Source: an uncultured archaeon
GTDB taxonomy: Archaea; Thermoproteota; EX4484-205; JAAOZP01
Direction: 5' to 3'
Length of the DNA stretch: 64,000 nt
NCBI GenBank assembly: GCA_938045545.1
Contig: CALIBN010000012.1
Location: 1-64,000, forward strand
Below are positions 52,121 through 62,316 of the stretch, piece after piece. The notes beneath the pieces are model-generated. The model saw nothing but the letters and a program-made list of their open reading frames with translations, did not search any database and was not told the DNA's origin. A program made the translations under genes and the position numbers. Within the stretch, counting starts at the first letter, position 1; each line of letters opens with the position of its first letter.

Positions 52121-53509
52121 CTAGTAAAATTGCAACTTTCGAATATACTTCCCAACATCAAACTTTCTTTTCAAGCCGTTTTCACTCATATATCTGACCT
52201 TTCCGTAAACCGGTCTTTCTTTCCAAGGACGGTCATGTTTGCCGAAGCACCATGCTACTCCGGCGAAACTATTCGGATCCCTGCCGTCAAGCTCATACTT
52301 ATTGTTAAGGTATAGCGCTAACCGGAAGGCCTCCACAGGGCTTTCAACCCATTCAATGAGCTTCTTAGCCCAATACATCCGCATATAGCCGTGCATTTTT
52401 CCAGTTTTGGCCATTTCCTGTTGAGCCGCGTTCCAGACTGGGTCATGGGTTTCTCCGTTCTCAAGCTCCTCCAAACCATACTTGAAGGGCCGCCGGTCCT
52501 TACGATGCGCCATAAGAGTGTTTTTCGCCCATCCGGGTAGACAGTCGAAAGAATCGTATTTCTCGTTGTAGAAAACGAAGTTCATGCTCAACTCTCTTCT
52601 CACAATGAGTTCCTCCAGATAGGCTTCTCTGCCTGGGCTTTCTGTTTTCAAAATCTCTAAAGCTATGTATACTGGAGAAATCTGTCCGAAATGCAAGTAT
52701 GGACTCATATTTGAAACAAAGTCTAACGTAGGGTCGTTTCTAAGCTCGGGATAGTCATCCAGCTTACGCTTTATGAAAACCCTTAGGTGCTTCTTAGCCT
52801 CGCTCGTCCCGCCTCTGAAGCTTTCAACTCTCTTCACAGTCCTATCGACATTAAGCCCGTCGATCAAGCGTTCAGGGTTTTCAAGCTCGACGGATTCAAA
52901 CTCCAGATCCAGAGAATGAACCCTTAGGCTACTCTCTCTTAAAGGAGCCAAGTATTTTTCGAGAACCCTCGTGAGTTTAGGCCTAAGGGTTGCTGCAGAG
53001 TACTCTTCTTTAGAAGATGCTGTTTCAACAGGGACTACAACATTGGTTTCAACCTGAATAAAGGGGCAGGGTGCTTTTTCAGCTACATACTGATACCATT
53101 TCTTCTGAATCCGTAAGTATCCCCTGTCGCCCACTAGGAGCGACGCGTCTCTAGACAACTCCAGAATACCCTTCTCCGGAGACTTGCCCCAAACAACCAA
53201 CTGTATTCCACGTTCCTCAAGGGACTTCTTGGCTTCGAGAAGGCCTTCGAGCATAAACCAGTAGCTCCTTTCATTAGCCTCGGGAAAATTGCCTGTAATT
53301 CCGAAGAAAGCGACGAGAGGCCTGTTTAATTCATTAGCTTTTTCGACAGCGTATTCGAGAGCATGATTATACTCGATTCTTGGGGAGGCCTGCATCCAGT
53401 AGAGCACGTAGCTGCCATTCCTCAGACTCGCCTCATTAAGCTGCTTTATTCTTTCTTTTTGAATAGGCCCGGGTTTAAACCCGTGGCCGGTTGACATACA
53501 GGTATTCAA
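52121..53509 (-). CDS. phr: class II CPD photolyase
   Basis: YVLYWM, SPYLHFGQIS, EELIVRREL, MHGYMRMYWAK, DGRDPN. Confidence 0.95.
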   Translation of the reverse strand: MNTCMSTGHGFKPGPIQKERIKQLNEASLRNGSYVLYWMQASPRIEYNHALEYAVEKANELNRPLVAFFGITGNFPEANERSYWFMLEGLLEAKKSLEERGIQLVVWGKSPEKGILELSRDASLLVGDRGYLRIQKKWYQYVAEKAPCPFIQVETNVVVPVETASSKEEYSAATLRPKLTRVLEKYLAPLRESSLRVHSLDLEFESVELENPERLIDGLNVDRTVKRVESFRGGTSEAKKHLRVFIKRKLDDYPELRNDPTLDFVSNMSPYLHFGQISPVYIALEILKTESPGREAYLEELIVRRELSMNFVFYNEKYDSFDCLPGWAKNTLMAHRKDRRPFKYGLEELENGETHDPVWNAAQQEMAKTGKMHGYMRMYWAKKLIEWVESPVEAFRLALYLNNKYELDGRDPNSFAGVAWCFGKHDRPWKERPVYGKVRYMSENGLKRKFDVGKYIRKLQFY

Positions 53510-53877
53510 TAGCTGGAGGAAAAATCATTAAGCTAGATAAAAAACTTCTTCTAATGACATTAGAAATTTATCGGACCTCAGGGAACTTTTTATAAGCAGC
53601 CTCATCCGGTGGCTTTTCATTTCGGAATGAAATACTCCAAGACCAGATCACCCGAGACCGTTTTCGTTATAGGCAGACGGATCAACCTGAATGGAGAACA
53701 GATTCGCTTTCGACGACAACGGTTTAGTAGAGTGGAAAACGGTACTTTATGAGGAGATTTTCTACAGGAGATGGATGGTTCCTCCGTAGGGAATCAGTAG
53801 GATAAACTTGAGCCAGCCTGAATAAGCATGTTGGAAAAACCGTTTAAACGGGTGGGAACAGCCTAATGAAAATTTTT

Positions 53878-55779
53878 TTACAGGCTTTCAGAGGTCTCAG
53901 CCTCCCGGGTCTCAACCGGATGCCTTAGGTCTATCAGAACCTCGTAGACCCCGTCCTCCACCCTGTACCTCATAGTGTAACCGCACTTTCTGAAGAGATG
54001 CATCATCCTAGTGTTTTCAACCAGAACCCAAGCCTTTAAACCAGTAAAGCCCCTTGCCTTAGCCAGCTCAATAAGGTATTTGAGGAGCTCTGTCCCAATC
54101 CCCTTTCCCTGCCAGTCGTCCCTGACTACGAGGGCTACTTCAGCCAGCTCGGTACCGGGTATTCCGGAGTAGCTGCCAATGCCAACCATGCTTTCAAAAC
54201 CTTCTTCGCTCACCACGGCCACTAGAACCATCTCGTTCTGATAGTCAACTATCACGTACGGCCAAACCCTGTCCCAAGGTAGAGACTTCAACGGTCCCAA
54301 GTATCTTTTCATCACGCTATCTTTAGAGAGCGCGTAGAACAAGTGTTGCTTCATGGTTGCGTCTGAAGGCTTTATCGGCCTTATGAGCAGCCTAGTGCCG
54401 TCCTCTAGGGTAACGTATCGCTTCAACTCCTCAGGATACTCCACCTCTGGGAAGGGCAATACTTCCTCCGGCACATACTTGTGAGACTTAGCCCATTCGA
54501 GAAGCTGGTTTCTAAACTTCGGGTGGGCAACGCCTATGAGAGCCAGCGCCCTCTCCTTTATCGTCTTCCCGGTGAGGCGTGCAACACCATACTCCGTCAC
54601 AACATAGTCAACGTCACCTCTGGTTAGCACTACGCCGGCGCCCTCACTGAGCACCGACTTTATCCTTGAGACTGCACCCTCTTTAGCCGTGGAGGGTATG
54701 ACGGTTATGGCCCTGCCTCCTTCGGAGAGCCTCGCACCCCTTACGAAGTCCGCTTGGCCCCCTAAGCCACTGTAGAAAACATATCCAAGCGAGTCTGCGC
54801 AAACCTGCCCCGTAAGATCGACTTCCAGAGCCTGGTTTATCGCAACCATCTTCCTGTTTTGGGCGATTACAAGCGGGTTGTTAACGTAGTTAGACTCGTA
54901 GAACTCCACCATCGGGTTATTGTCTATGAAGTCGTAAAGGCGCCTAGTACCCATTGCGAATGAAGCAATTATCTTCCCCCTGTGAAGGGTCTTCTTAGCG
55001 CATGTTATGACTCCTGCTTCAACAAGGTCAACGACGCTCTCAGTAAGGAGCTCAGTATGGATCCCGAGGTCCTTCTTATCCTCAAGGGAGCTTAGCACCG
55101 CGTCAGGTATGCTTCCTATCCCTATCTGGAGAGTCGACTCGTCCTCAACCAGCTCGGAAACGTATCTCGCTATCCTGTCTGAAACAACATCCCTAGGTGG
55201 CTGCGGTGCCTCGAGAATCGGCTCATCATGCTCAACAATCACGTCTATATCGTTAACATGAATGAAGCTGTCCCCTAGGACGCGCGGCATGAAACGGTTT
55301 ACTTGAGCTATCACGAGCCTAGCCTTCTCCGCAGCAGTCTTAGTTATCTCAACCGAGACACCTAGGCTGCAGAAACCATGCTCATCCGGCGGCGTCACCT
55401 GTATCAGCGCTACGTCTATCGGCACCATTCCCCTTGATATCAGCTTCGGCAGGTCGGAGAGGAAAACAGGAGTGTAGTCCGCCCTTCCCTCGGCAACCGC
55501 CTCCCTGGTGTTCACGCCTACGAAGAAAGCGTTTAGGCGGAACCTGTCCGAGTAGATCGGCTTTGCGTATGGCGCGACGCCAAGCGTGTGAACATGGAGA
55601 ATCTCGTTGTCAGCCAGGTGCTTAGCCTTCTCGACAAGCCCGTGCACAAGGTACTGAGGCTCCCCGCAGGCTGAGCCTATGAAAATATGATCCCCCGTCT
55701 TAATGTAGCTTAAAGCCTCCTCGAGACCAGCCTTCTTCTCATCGTAAGGCCTTTCTCGCAAACTATCTTTCCTAGGCAT
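53878..55779 (-). CDS. acetyl-CoA hydrolase/transferase fused to a C-terminal GNAT domain
   Basis: LQIGIG.IP, GIHTE, GGQADF, VVTEYG, then VRDDWQGKGIG; start moved to MPRK to avoid overlap with the divergent gene. Confidence 0.88.
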   Translation of the reverse strand: MPRKDSLRERPYDEKKAGLEEALSYIKTGDHIFIGSACGEPQYLVHGLVEKAKHLADNEILHVHTLGVAPYAKPIYSDRFRLNAFFVGVNTREAVAEGRADYTPVFLSDLPKLISRGMVPIDVALIQVTPPDEHGFCSLGVSVEITKTAAEKARLVIAQVNRFMPRVLGDSFIHVNDIDVIVEHDEPILEAPQPPRDVVSDRIARYVSELVEDESTLQIGIGSIPDAVLSSLEDKKDLGIHTELLTESVVDLVEAGVITCAKKTLHRGKIIASFAMGTRRLYDFIDNNPMVEFYESNYVNNPLVIAQNRKMVAINQALEVDLTGQVCADSLGYVFYSGLGGQADFVRGARLSEGGRAITVIPSTAKEGAVSRIKSVLSEGAGVVLTRGDVDYVVTEYGVARLTGKTIKERALALIGVAHPKFRNQLLEWAKSHKYVPEEVLPFPEVEYPEELKRYVTLEDGTRLLIRPIKPSDATMKQHLFYALSKDSVMKRYLGPLKSLPWDRVWPYVIVDYQNEMVLVAVVSEEGFESMVGIGSYSGIPGTELAEVALVVRDDWQGKGIGTELLKYLIELAKARGFTGLKAWVLVENTRMMHLFRKCGYTMRYRVEDGVYEVLIDLRHPVETREAETSESL

Positions 55780-55852
55780 CCGGAGCATTCTTAAGGCCGC
55801 AAGTTTATAAACATAGGTGGAGGGCCGTAGGGACAGTCTGAACCGATGATGC

Positions 55853-57976
55853 ATGATGAGGCTTGAGGCGTTCTTTAACCCGAAATCGGTCGCGGTGATA
55901 GGGGCCAGCAGAGAGGCTGGGAAAGTGGGCCATAGAGTATTCCGGAACATGGTTGACTCAGGCTTCAAAGGGAGGCTTTACCCGGTGAACCCGAACGCTC
56001 AGGAAATACTTGGCTACAGGTGTTACCGGAGCATTAGGGATGTTGAAGATGATGTTGACCTGGCTGTTATCGCGGTTCCCGCTAAGGTTGTTCTCAGCGT
56101 TGCTGAAGAATGTGGTAGAAAAGGCGTCAAGGGGTTGATTGTGATATCCGCGGGCTTCAGTGAAACCGGCAGGGAGGGAACTCTGCTCGAAAGAGACCTT
56201 GTCGCCAAATGCAGGGAGTACGGTATGAGGATGCAGGGGCCGAACTGCTTCGGGTTCATAAGCTCTAGAAACGGTATGAACGCCTCCTTCGCCTCAACCA
56301 TGCCGGTGCCCGGAAACGTTTCAATCGTTTCTCAAAGCGGGGCTCTTGGAAGCGCGATACTGAACTGGTCAAGATTCAACGGAATGGGCCTCGCGAACTT
56401 CATAAGCGTCGGCAACGAGGCTGACCTCACTACGGCTGACTTTCTCGAAGCGCTGATCGACGAGGAGAACACTAAGGTCGTCGGGATATATATTGAAGGC
56501 GTGAAGAACGGTGAGCGGTTCATCAACGTTGCCCGGAGGCTCTCGAGGAGGAAGCCGGTGGTCGTGTTGAAAGCCGGCACCACCGAGGTCGGTGTTAGGG
56601 CGGTATCCTCTCACACTGGGTCGCTGGCAGGGTCTGACACTGCTTTCTCCGCTGCTTTCAGGAAGGCAGGGGTCCTGAGGGCAAGCACGATGAAGGAGCT
56701 GTTCGACCTGCTTTCAGCTTTCGAGGGCCAGCCGTTGCCCAGGGGAAGCGGCGTCATGGTTGTTACGAACGGCGGCGGCCCAGGAATCCTTGCCGTAGAC
56801 GCTTGCGAGAAAATGGGTTTAAACCTGCCTCTTCTGGAGCAGGATCTTTGGGAGAAGCTTAGCAGCCTGCTTCCACCTCATGCAAGCATCAACAATCCTC
56901 TGGACGTGCTTGGAGACGCTGATGAGAAGCGCTACAGGATTGCGCTTGAAGCTGCTTTAAGCAGTAGTAACGTGCACAGTGTGATCGTCATACTGACGCC
57001 GCAGGCAATGACCCCTTCCGAAGAGGTTGCGCGCGTCGTTGTGGAGATGGGAAGAAGGTTTGAGAAGCCTGTGGCAGCGGTTTTCATGGGGTTTGACAAC
57101 GAGTCTCCGGCGATAAGGATCCTGAGAGAGGGAAAGATGCCTAACTACGATTTCCCTGAGCCCGCGGCTTTCGCGCTTAGAGGAATGTATGACTACAGCC
57201 TGATGCTCAGCCGGCCTGAGGAGCAGGCTGTAAACCTGACTGACGTTGACGACGACGCTGTGGCAAGGGTGATAGCCAGGGTTGAGGCTGAGGGCAGGAT
57301 CAACCTTTCCTCAGAGGAGGCTTTCGAAATAGCTTCCGCATATGGGATTCCTGTTCCGGAGGCAAGGATAGCCAGGAACGCTGCCGAGGCCCGTGAAATA
57401 GCTGAATCCATAGGCTGCCCAGTTGCGGTGAAAATCGTCTCCCCGGATATTCTGCACAAGACTGATTTGGGCTGCGTAATCCTGAACGTTGAAACGCCTG
57501 AAGAGGCAAGTGGGGCTTACGAGCTGGTAATGAGAAGGGCTAAGGCAGCAATGCCCCAGGCGAAAATACTTGGCGCATTAATCCAGAAAATGGCTCCTCC
57601 CGGTAGGGAAGTCATAGTTGGCTCAGTAAGAGACCCGCAGTTCGGCCCCCTGATAATGTTCGGTCTAGGGGGAATATACGTCAACTTCCTAAAGGATGTT
57701 TCATACAGGCTGGCGCCGCTCACTTTCTCAGAAGCCATGGAGATGATTTCTGAAACTAAAGCGTACACTCTGCTTAAAGGAGTTAGGGGCGAGCCTCCGT
57801 CAGACTTAGAGTCAGTCGTAAACGTGGTGGCGAGGCTTTCCCAGTTAATGTGCCGCTTCAAGAAGCTGGTAGAAATGGAAATAAACCCCCTGTTCGCCTA
57901 CGAGGAGGGGAAGGGGTGCATGGCAGTAGATATAAGAGGAACGCTTTCCAAGCCTAAAGGAGAGACTGAGACATGA
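55853..57976 (+). CDS. ADP-forming acyl-CoA synthetase (fused alpha-beta)
   Basis: GPNCFG, SQSG, SHTGSLAG, NPLD, HKTD, FGLGG, EINPL. Confidence 0.92.
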   Translation: MMRLEAFFNPKSVAVIGASREAGKVGHRVFRNMVDSGFKGRLYPVNPNAQEILGYRCYRSIRDVEDDVDLAVIAVPAKVVLSVAEECGRKGVKGLIVISAGFSETGREGTLLERDLVAKCREYGMRMQGPNCFGFISSRNGMNASFASTMPVPGNVSIVSQSGALGSAILNWSRFNGMGLANFISVGNEADLTTADFLEALIDEENTKVVGIYIEGVKNGERFINVARRLSRRKPVVVLKAGTTEVGVRAVSSHTGSLAGSDTAFSAAFRKAGVLRASTMKELFDLLSAFEGQPLPRGSGVMVVTNGGGPGILAVDACEKMGLNLPLLEQDLWEKLSSLLPPHASINNPLDVLGDADEKRYRIALEAALSSSNVHSVIVILTPQAMTPSEEVARVVVEMGRRFEKPVAAVFMGFDNESPAIRILREGKMPNYDFPEPAAFALRGMYDYSLMLSRPEEQAVNLTDVDDDAVARVIARVEAEGRINLSSEEAFEIASAYGIPVPEARIARNAAEAREIAESIGCPVAVKIVSPDILHKTDLGCVILNVETPEEASGAYELVMRRAKAAMPQAKILGALIQKMAPPGREVIVGSVRDPQFGPLIMFGLGGIYVNFLKDVSYRLAPLTFSEAMEMISETKAYTLLKGVRGEPPSDLESVVNVVARLSQLMCRFKKLVEMEINPLFAYEEGKGCMAVDIRGTLSKPKGETET

Positions 57977-59043
57977 GGAGACAAGCAGTATACGTGGCTT
58001 CGCCGAGCAGGCTGGCGGGGAAGAGCGTGCTAATAATCTCCCTGGCGCAGCTGGCTGCGGAGAAAGGGATGCGAGTAGGTTATTTCAAGCCGATCAGCGG
58101 TTTCTGCGTGCCGAACCCCAAGGGAGAGCTTGTGGACGAGGATTCTGAAACCATGAGGGAAATCCTTGGGCTTAAGACAAGCCTAGAGGTCTGCCCTTTC
58201 AGAATATGCGGGGGAAGCTTTCTCGACTACTTCTGGGGTGAAGATCCCTCGCGGTTTAGAAATATCATTCTAGAGTCTTATGAGGAGGCCTCTGCTGAAA
58301 AGGATCTGATGCTGATCGAGGGAGCTCAAACGCTTTCAACAGGCTCCTTCCTAGGCTGTCAGGCTCCGCGGCTGGCCTCACTTTTCAACGCGGAACTCAT
58401 CCTAGTTTTAAAATACGAGAGTGATTTCGTCGTCGACGAGGCGCTTCAGGCGAGGGACTACTGCGAACGCTGGGGAGTCAAGGTGTCAGGAGTCGTTCTC
58501 AACCATGTTGAAGAAAACAGGTTCAAGTTTGCAAGGGAGGTTGTGAAACCCATGCTTGAAAAAGAAGGGTTGAGAATACTGGGGATCATGCCTGAGGACC
58601 GGGTGCTCAGCTCCCTCACCTTCAGAGAGGTTTATGAGTCCATAGGTGGAGACCTCATCGCTGGAAAAGGAGGGCTTGAGAAACCGGTTGAGACCGTTCT
58701 AATAGGGGCTATGACTCCTGAAAGCGCCATACAGTACTTCAGAAGGGTTAGGAACGAGCTTATAGTAACCGGGGGCGATAGGACCGACATAGTGCTGGCG
58801 GCGCTTGAAGCAGGAGCCTCCGGCATAATACTGACCGGGAACCTGCGCCCAAGCGTTAAAGTACTGCCCAGGGCGGATGAGCTTAAGATTCCGATGCTTG
58901 TAGTGCCTCAGGATACTTACACAACCCTGCAGATGATTCAGAAGATAGTTGGAAAAATAAGGCCTAGGGACAGGACGCGCATAGCCGCGGCTCGGAAGCT
59001 GGTTCAGGAGAATGTGGACTGGGAGAAGATCCTGAACTTTTAA
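57973..59043 (+). CDS. BioD-like/DRTGG protein (Pta N-terminal-like)
   Basis: GKS, YFKPI, IEG, IGAM, TGGDRTD. Confidence 0.88.
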   Translation: MRRQAVYVASPSRLAGKSVLIISLAQLAAEKGMRVGYFKPISGFCVPNPKGELVDEDSETMREILGLKTSLEVCPFRICGGSFLDYFWGEDPSRFRNIILESYEEASAEKDLMLIEGAQTLSTGSFLGCQAPRLASLFNAELILVLKYESDFVVDEALQARDYCERWGVKVSGVVLNHVEENRFKFAREVVKPMLEKEGLRILGIMPEDRVLSSLTFREVYESIGGDLIAGKGGLEKPVETVLIGAMTPESAIQYFRRVRNELIVTGGDRTDIVLAALEAGASGIILTGNLRPSVKVLPRADELKIPMLVVPQDTYTTLQMIQKIVGKIRPRDRTRIAAARKLVQENVDWEKILNF

Positions 59044-59225
59044 CTTCCAGTGGTATTTTTAGGAGGAACTGTTTAAACGGTTTTTAAGCGAAAGTTTTTC
59101 TCCACGGAAATGCTGTTTAAACCGCTGGCTGGGGAAGAAAGGGTTTGGATCAGACGGAACTAGGAGAAAACTCGATGCAAATCGTGGTTATCTCATTAGC
59201 TTTCCTATAACCATATTTCACAACG

Positions 59226-61994
59226 TCATTGCGCTTCTTTCTTCAACTTGCTTCTAACGAGCTTCCTCACTTCGTCAGCTATGAACACTGTGCCCGAAAC
59301 AAGAATTATGATTACCCAGTCCCATACTGTGAGTGGTTTAGTTTGAAGAGCAACTTGAAAGAAAGGCAGTATTGTCGCCAACACCTGCAGGGAGACTGAT
59401 GATACGATAGCGGCGAAAAGATACTTGTTCGTGAAAAACCCTATTTTGAAAACTGACTTGGTTCTAGAACGGCAGTTCAACGCGTTGAAAACCTGAAACA
59501 TTGACATAACTGTGAAGCCTATTGCCCGCGCCCTCGTTAAATCCCCGTTCATCCACTCAGTCTTGAAAATCCAGAGAGTCCCTATAGCCATGAACGTTGA
59601 AACGTAGAGGGTGTTAATCAGAATATCCCTGTTAATTATCTTCTCGTCAGGCTTCCTCGGAGGCTGATCCATAACATCCTCCTCTTTAGGCTCCATGGCT
59701 AGGGTCACGTCCAGCAGCCCGTCGGTTACAAGGTTAACCCAGAGGATTTGGACTGGAGTAAACAGGATGGGCGCATCAGGTAGTAGAAACAGGGCGGCGA
59801 ATATAGTGACTATTTCCCCAAGATTCGTGGAAACCAGGAATTTCACAACCTTCCTAATGTTTTCAAAAACCACCCGGCCCTCCTCCACAGCGTTAACAAT
59901 GCTGGCGAAATTATCATCAGTCAAAACCATGTCGGCGGTCTCCTTCGTAACGTCAGTACCAGTAATGCCCATTGCGACACCAACCTCCGCCGTCTTTAAG
60001 GCTGGGGCATCGTTAACCCCGTCTCCAGTCATAGCCACCACGTGTCCCCTGCGCCTCAGCGCTTGGACAATCCTATGCTTATGCAGGGGTGAAACCCTTG
60101 CGAAAACCGCGACATCCTCAACCACAGCATCCAGCTCCTCGTCACTCATCTGGTCGAGCTCCACGCCAGTCAGGACTTTCAAGCCCGGCTTCAGGATCCC
60201 TAACTCGCTCGCAATAGCCTGTGCCGTAAGCCTGTGGTCCCCAGTTATCATAACGACCTTGATGCCTGCTCTCTGGCAAAGCTGCACCGCGGTTTTCGCC
60301 TCAGGTCTTGGAGGGTCGATCATTCCAACTAGACCGATAAACACCATGCTGGGTTTAACGCGAATACTTGCCTTGAACTCTTTCAACTTTCCATCATCCA
60401 TCTCCCAGTAGGCTACTGCGAGCACCCTCAAGGCTCTGCCGGCCATGCTCCGGGCAACCTCAAGAACCTCCTCCTTTTTCTCCTCCGACAGCTTTTTCTT
60501 CTCCCCGTTCTCCAAGTATTCTGAACACATCTCTAGTATGGTTTCAGGCGCACCCTTAGCGAAAACCGTTACGCCTCCTGACGGCGCCCTGTGGAAAGTA
60601 GCCATATATCTCTCACCGGGGTCGAACGGGATCTCGTCTACACGCGGATAAAGCTCTTCCAACTCCTCCTTTCCCATACCCGCCTTGGCTGCTGCAACAA
60701 CGAGAGCACCCTCAGTCGGGTCGCCGTGGATCTCCCACCTGAACGCGCCGTCAACCTCATGCTGTATTAAACGAGCATCGTTGCAGAGTGCACCGGCTTG
60801 GAGGAGGAGCTTCAGAGGCTCGAAACCCAACGGGTCAACCGGCTTATCCTCCAGCATGAACTGTCCCTCAGGAGTGAAGCCGGACCCAGTAACCCTCACC
60901 GTCCTACTGGCTACGAAGACCTCTTGCACCGTCATCTGGTTTGTTGTAAGCGTTCCAGTCTTGTCTGTGCATATGGCTGTAACTGAGCCGAGAGTGTCAA
61001 CAGCCTGAAGCTTCCTGATTATAGCGTTGCGCTTAGCCATCCTGTTAACCCCAACGGCGAGGGTTATCGTCATCACCGCCGGCAGCCCCTCGGGAATGGC
61101 GGAAACAGCGCTCGCAAGCGCGAAGAGAAACATCTCAAAAAACTCGAAGCCTCTTAAAAGACCTATTACAACCATCAGGCTGCTCGACGCCAAGGCTAGA
61201 AAACCGAGCTTCTTAGAAAGATCAGAGGTACGCCTCTGAATCGGCGTTTCAACCCTCTCGGTCTCTCTAATCAGCCGCGCTATTTTACCGATCTCCGTCC
61301 TCATCCCGGTGGCGAACACAACAGCCTTACCCCTGCCCCTGGTTACGATCGTCCCGGCGAAAGCAATATTCCTACGCTCCGCCACGGGAAGATCCTTCTC
61401 AAGCTTCTCAACAGTCTTCACAACCGGAATAGACTCGCCTGTCAGCATGGACTCATCTATCTCAAGGTTGAAAGCCTCAAAGATCCTAGCGTCCGCAGGA
61501 ACCCTGTCACCAGCCTCAAGGAGAATCACGTCGCCGGGGACAATCTCCCTCGCTTTAACCCGCATCCCCACGCAGCCACCCTCCTCAGGACAGTCACGAA
61601 TAACATCAGCCTCCGGCGCCGCAAGCCTCTTCAAAGCCTGCAGAGCCTTCTCAGCCCTAAACTCCTGCGTGAAACCTATGGCAGTGTTGAAAGCTATAAC
61701 CACGCCTATCACAGCAGTGTCAACAATCTCCCCGATGAAGAGGGAAATCAGCATTGCCGCAACCAGCACCAGTATCAAGGGGCTCCTCAACTGGTCGATG
61801 ACAAGGGTCAGAACACTGATCTTCTCCTCCTCTTCCAGCTCGTTCGGCCCATACTCCCTGAGCCTCCTCTCAGCCTCCCGGCTGCTCAAACCCCTGGCAC
61901 TAGTCTCCAGCCTCTCAAACACTTCCCGCAGCTCAAGAGCATGAAAAGCATTCTCCTTCTCGCTCCCCATTTTCCCCGCCAGTTCAGAAACCAA
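59226..61994 (-). CDS. P2A-type Ca2+-transporting ATPase
   Basis: TGES, IPEGLP, DKTGTLT, KGAPE, TGDGVNDAP, QILWVNLVTD. Confidence 0.93.
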   Translation of the reverse strand: MVSELAGKMGSEKENAFHALELREVFERLETSARGLSSREAERRLREYGPNELEEEEKISVLTLVIDQLRSPLILVLVAAMLISLFIGEIVDTAVIGVVIAFNTAIGFTQEFRAEKALQALKRLAAPEADVIRDCPEEGGCVGMRVKAREIVPGDVILLEAGDRVPADARIFEAFNLEIDESMLTGESIPVVKTVEKLEKDLPVAERRNIAFAGTIVTRGRGKAVVFATGMRTEIGKIARLIRETERVETPIQRRTSDLSKKLGFLALASSSLMVVIGLLRGFEFFEMFLFALASAVSAIPEGLPAVMTITLAVGVNRMAKRNAIIRKLQAVDTLGSVTAICTDKTGTLTTNQMTVQEVFVASRTVRVTGSGFTPEGQFMLEDKPVDPLGFEPLKLLLQAGALCNDARLIQHEVDGAFRWEIHGDPTEGALVVAAAKAGMGKEELEELYPRVDEIPFDPGERYMATFHRAPSGGVTVFAKGAPETILEMCSEYLENGEKKKLSEEKKEEVLEVARSMAGRALRVLAVAYWEMDDGKLKEFKASIRVKPSMVFIGLVGMIDPPRPEAKTAVQLCQRAGIKVVMITGDHRLTAQAIASELGILKPGLKVLTGVELDQMSDEELDAVVEDVAVFARVSPLHKHRIVQALRRRGHVVAMTGDGVNDAPALKTAEVGVAMGITGTDVTKETADMVLTDDNFASIVNAVEEGRVVFENIRKVVKFLVSTNLGEIVTIFAALFLLPDAPILFTPVQILWVNLVTDGLLDVTLAMEPKEEDVMDQPPRKPDEKIINRDILINTLYVSTFMAIGTLWIFKTEWMNGDLTRARAIGFTVMSMFQVFNALNCRSRTKSVFKIGFFTNKYLFAAIVSSVSLQVLATILPFFQVALQTKPLTVWDWVIIILVSGTVFIADEVRKLVRSKLKKEAQ

Positions 61995-62125
61995 GGTTTA
62001 TAAATCTTCAACTCATATTGAATAAAAACTATCTATTACAATAAACACACTGGAGAATTGAAGAAAACAACTGAACACGCAACCTCGAAAAATTAATATA
62101 GTTCACAACAACCATACGCTCCGGC

Positions 62126-62243
62126 AGCCCGGTCGTCTAGCGGTCAATGGGAGTAAGGCTTAGATCCCGACTAGGGATGGCGGGCTCTGGATCCCGCGTG
62201 GAGAAGAAACCCGTTGACGAGAGTTCGAATCTCTCCCGGGCTA
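62126..62243 (+). tRNA. tRNA-Gln(CTG) with two introns (D-loop and 37/38)
   Basis: AGCCCGG/CCGGGCT acceptor; GAGAG-TTCGAAT-CTCTC T-arm; removing ~62148-62174 and ~62191-62208 leaves a 73-nt cloverleaf. Confidence 0.85.
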
Positions 62244-62316
62244 CTACTTTTTCTCCCGTGTTCCCAAACTTAAAAACATGTTTAGGCTTAAAAGCCTAGT
62301 CTACGTAGCTATAGTG

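Noticed and set aside
50176-53858. Shared CGGGTGGGAAC at ~50177 and ~53848
   Set aside because: Only two short copies in different contexts; could be chance
55780-55968. Long N-terminal extension of the CoA-transferase ORF overlapping the synthetase
   Set aside because: It is antisense to the synthetase start; the downstream ATG is more plausible
59695-61944. Long plus-strand ORFs (up to 238 aa) and similar shadow ORFs throughout the window
   Set aside because: They are antisense shadows of well-supported genes
62219-62243. att-site duplication of a tRNA 3' end
   Set aside because: No second copy of either tRNA 3' end was found in the window; one may lie beyond it
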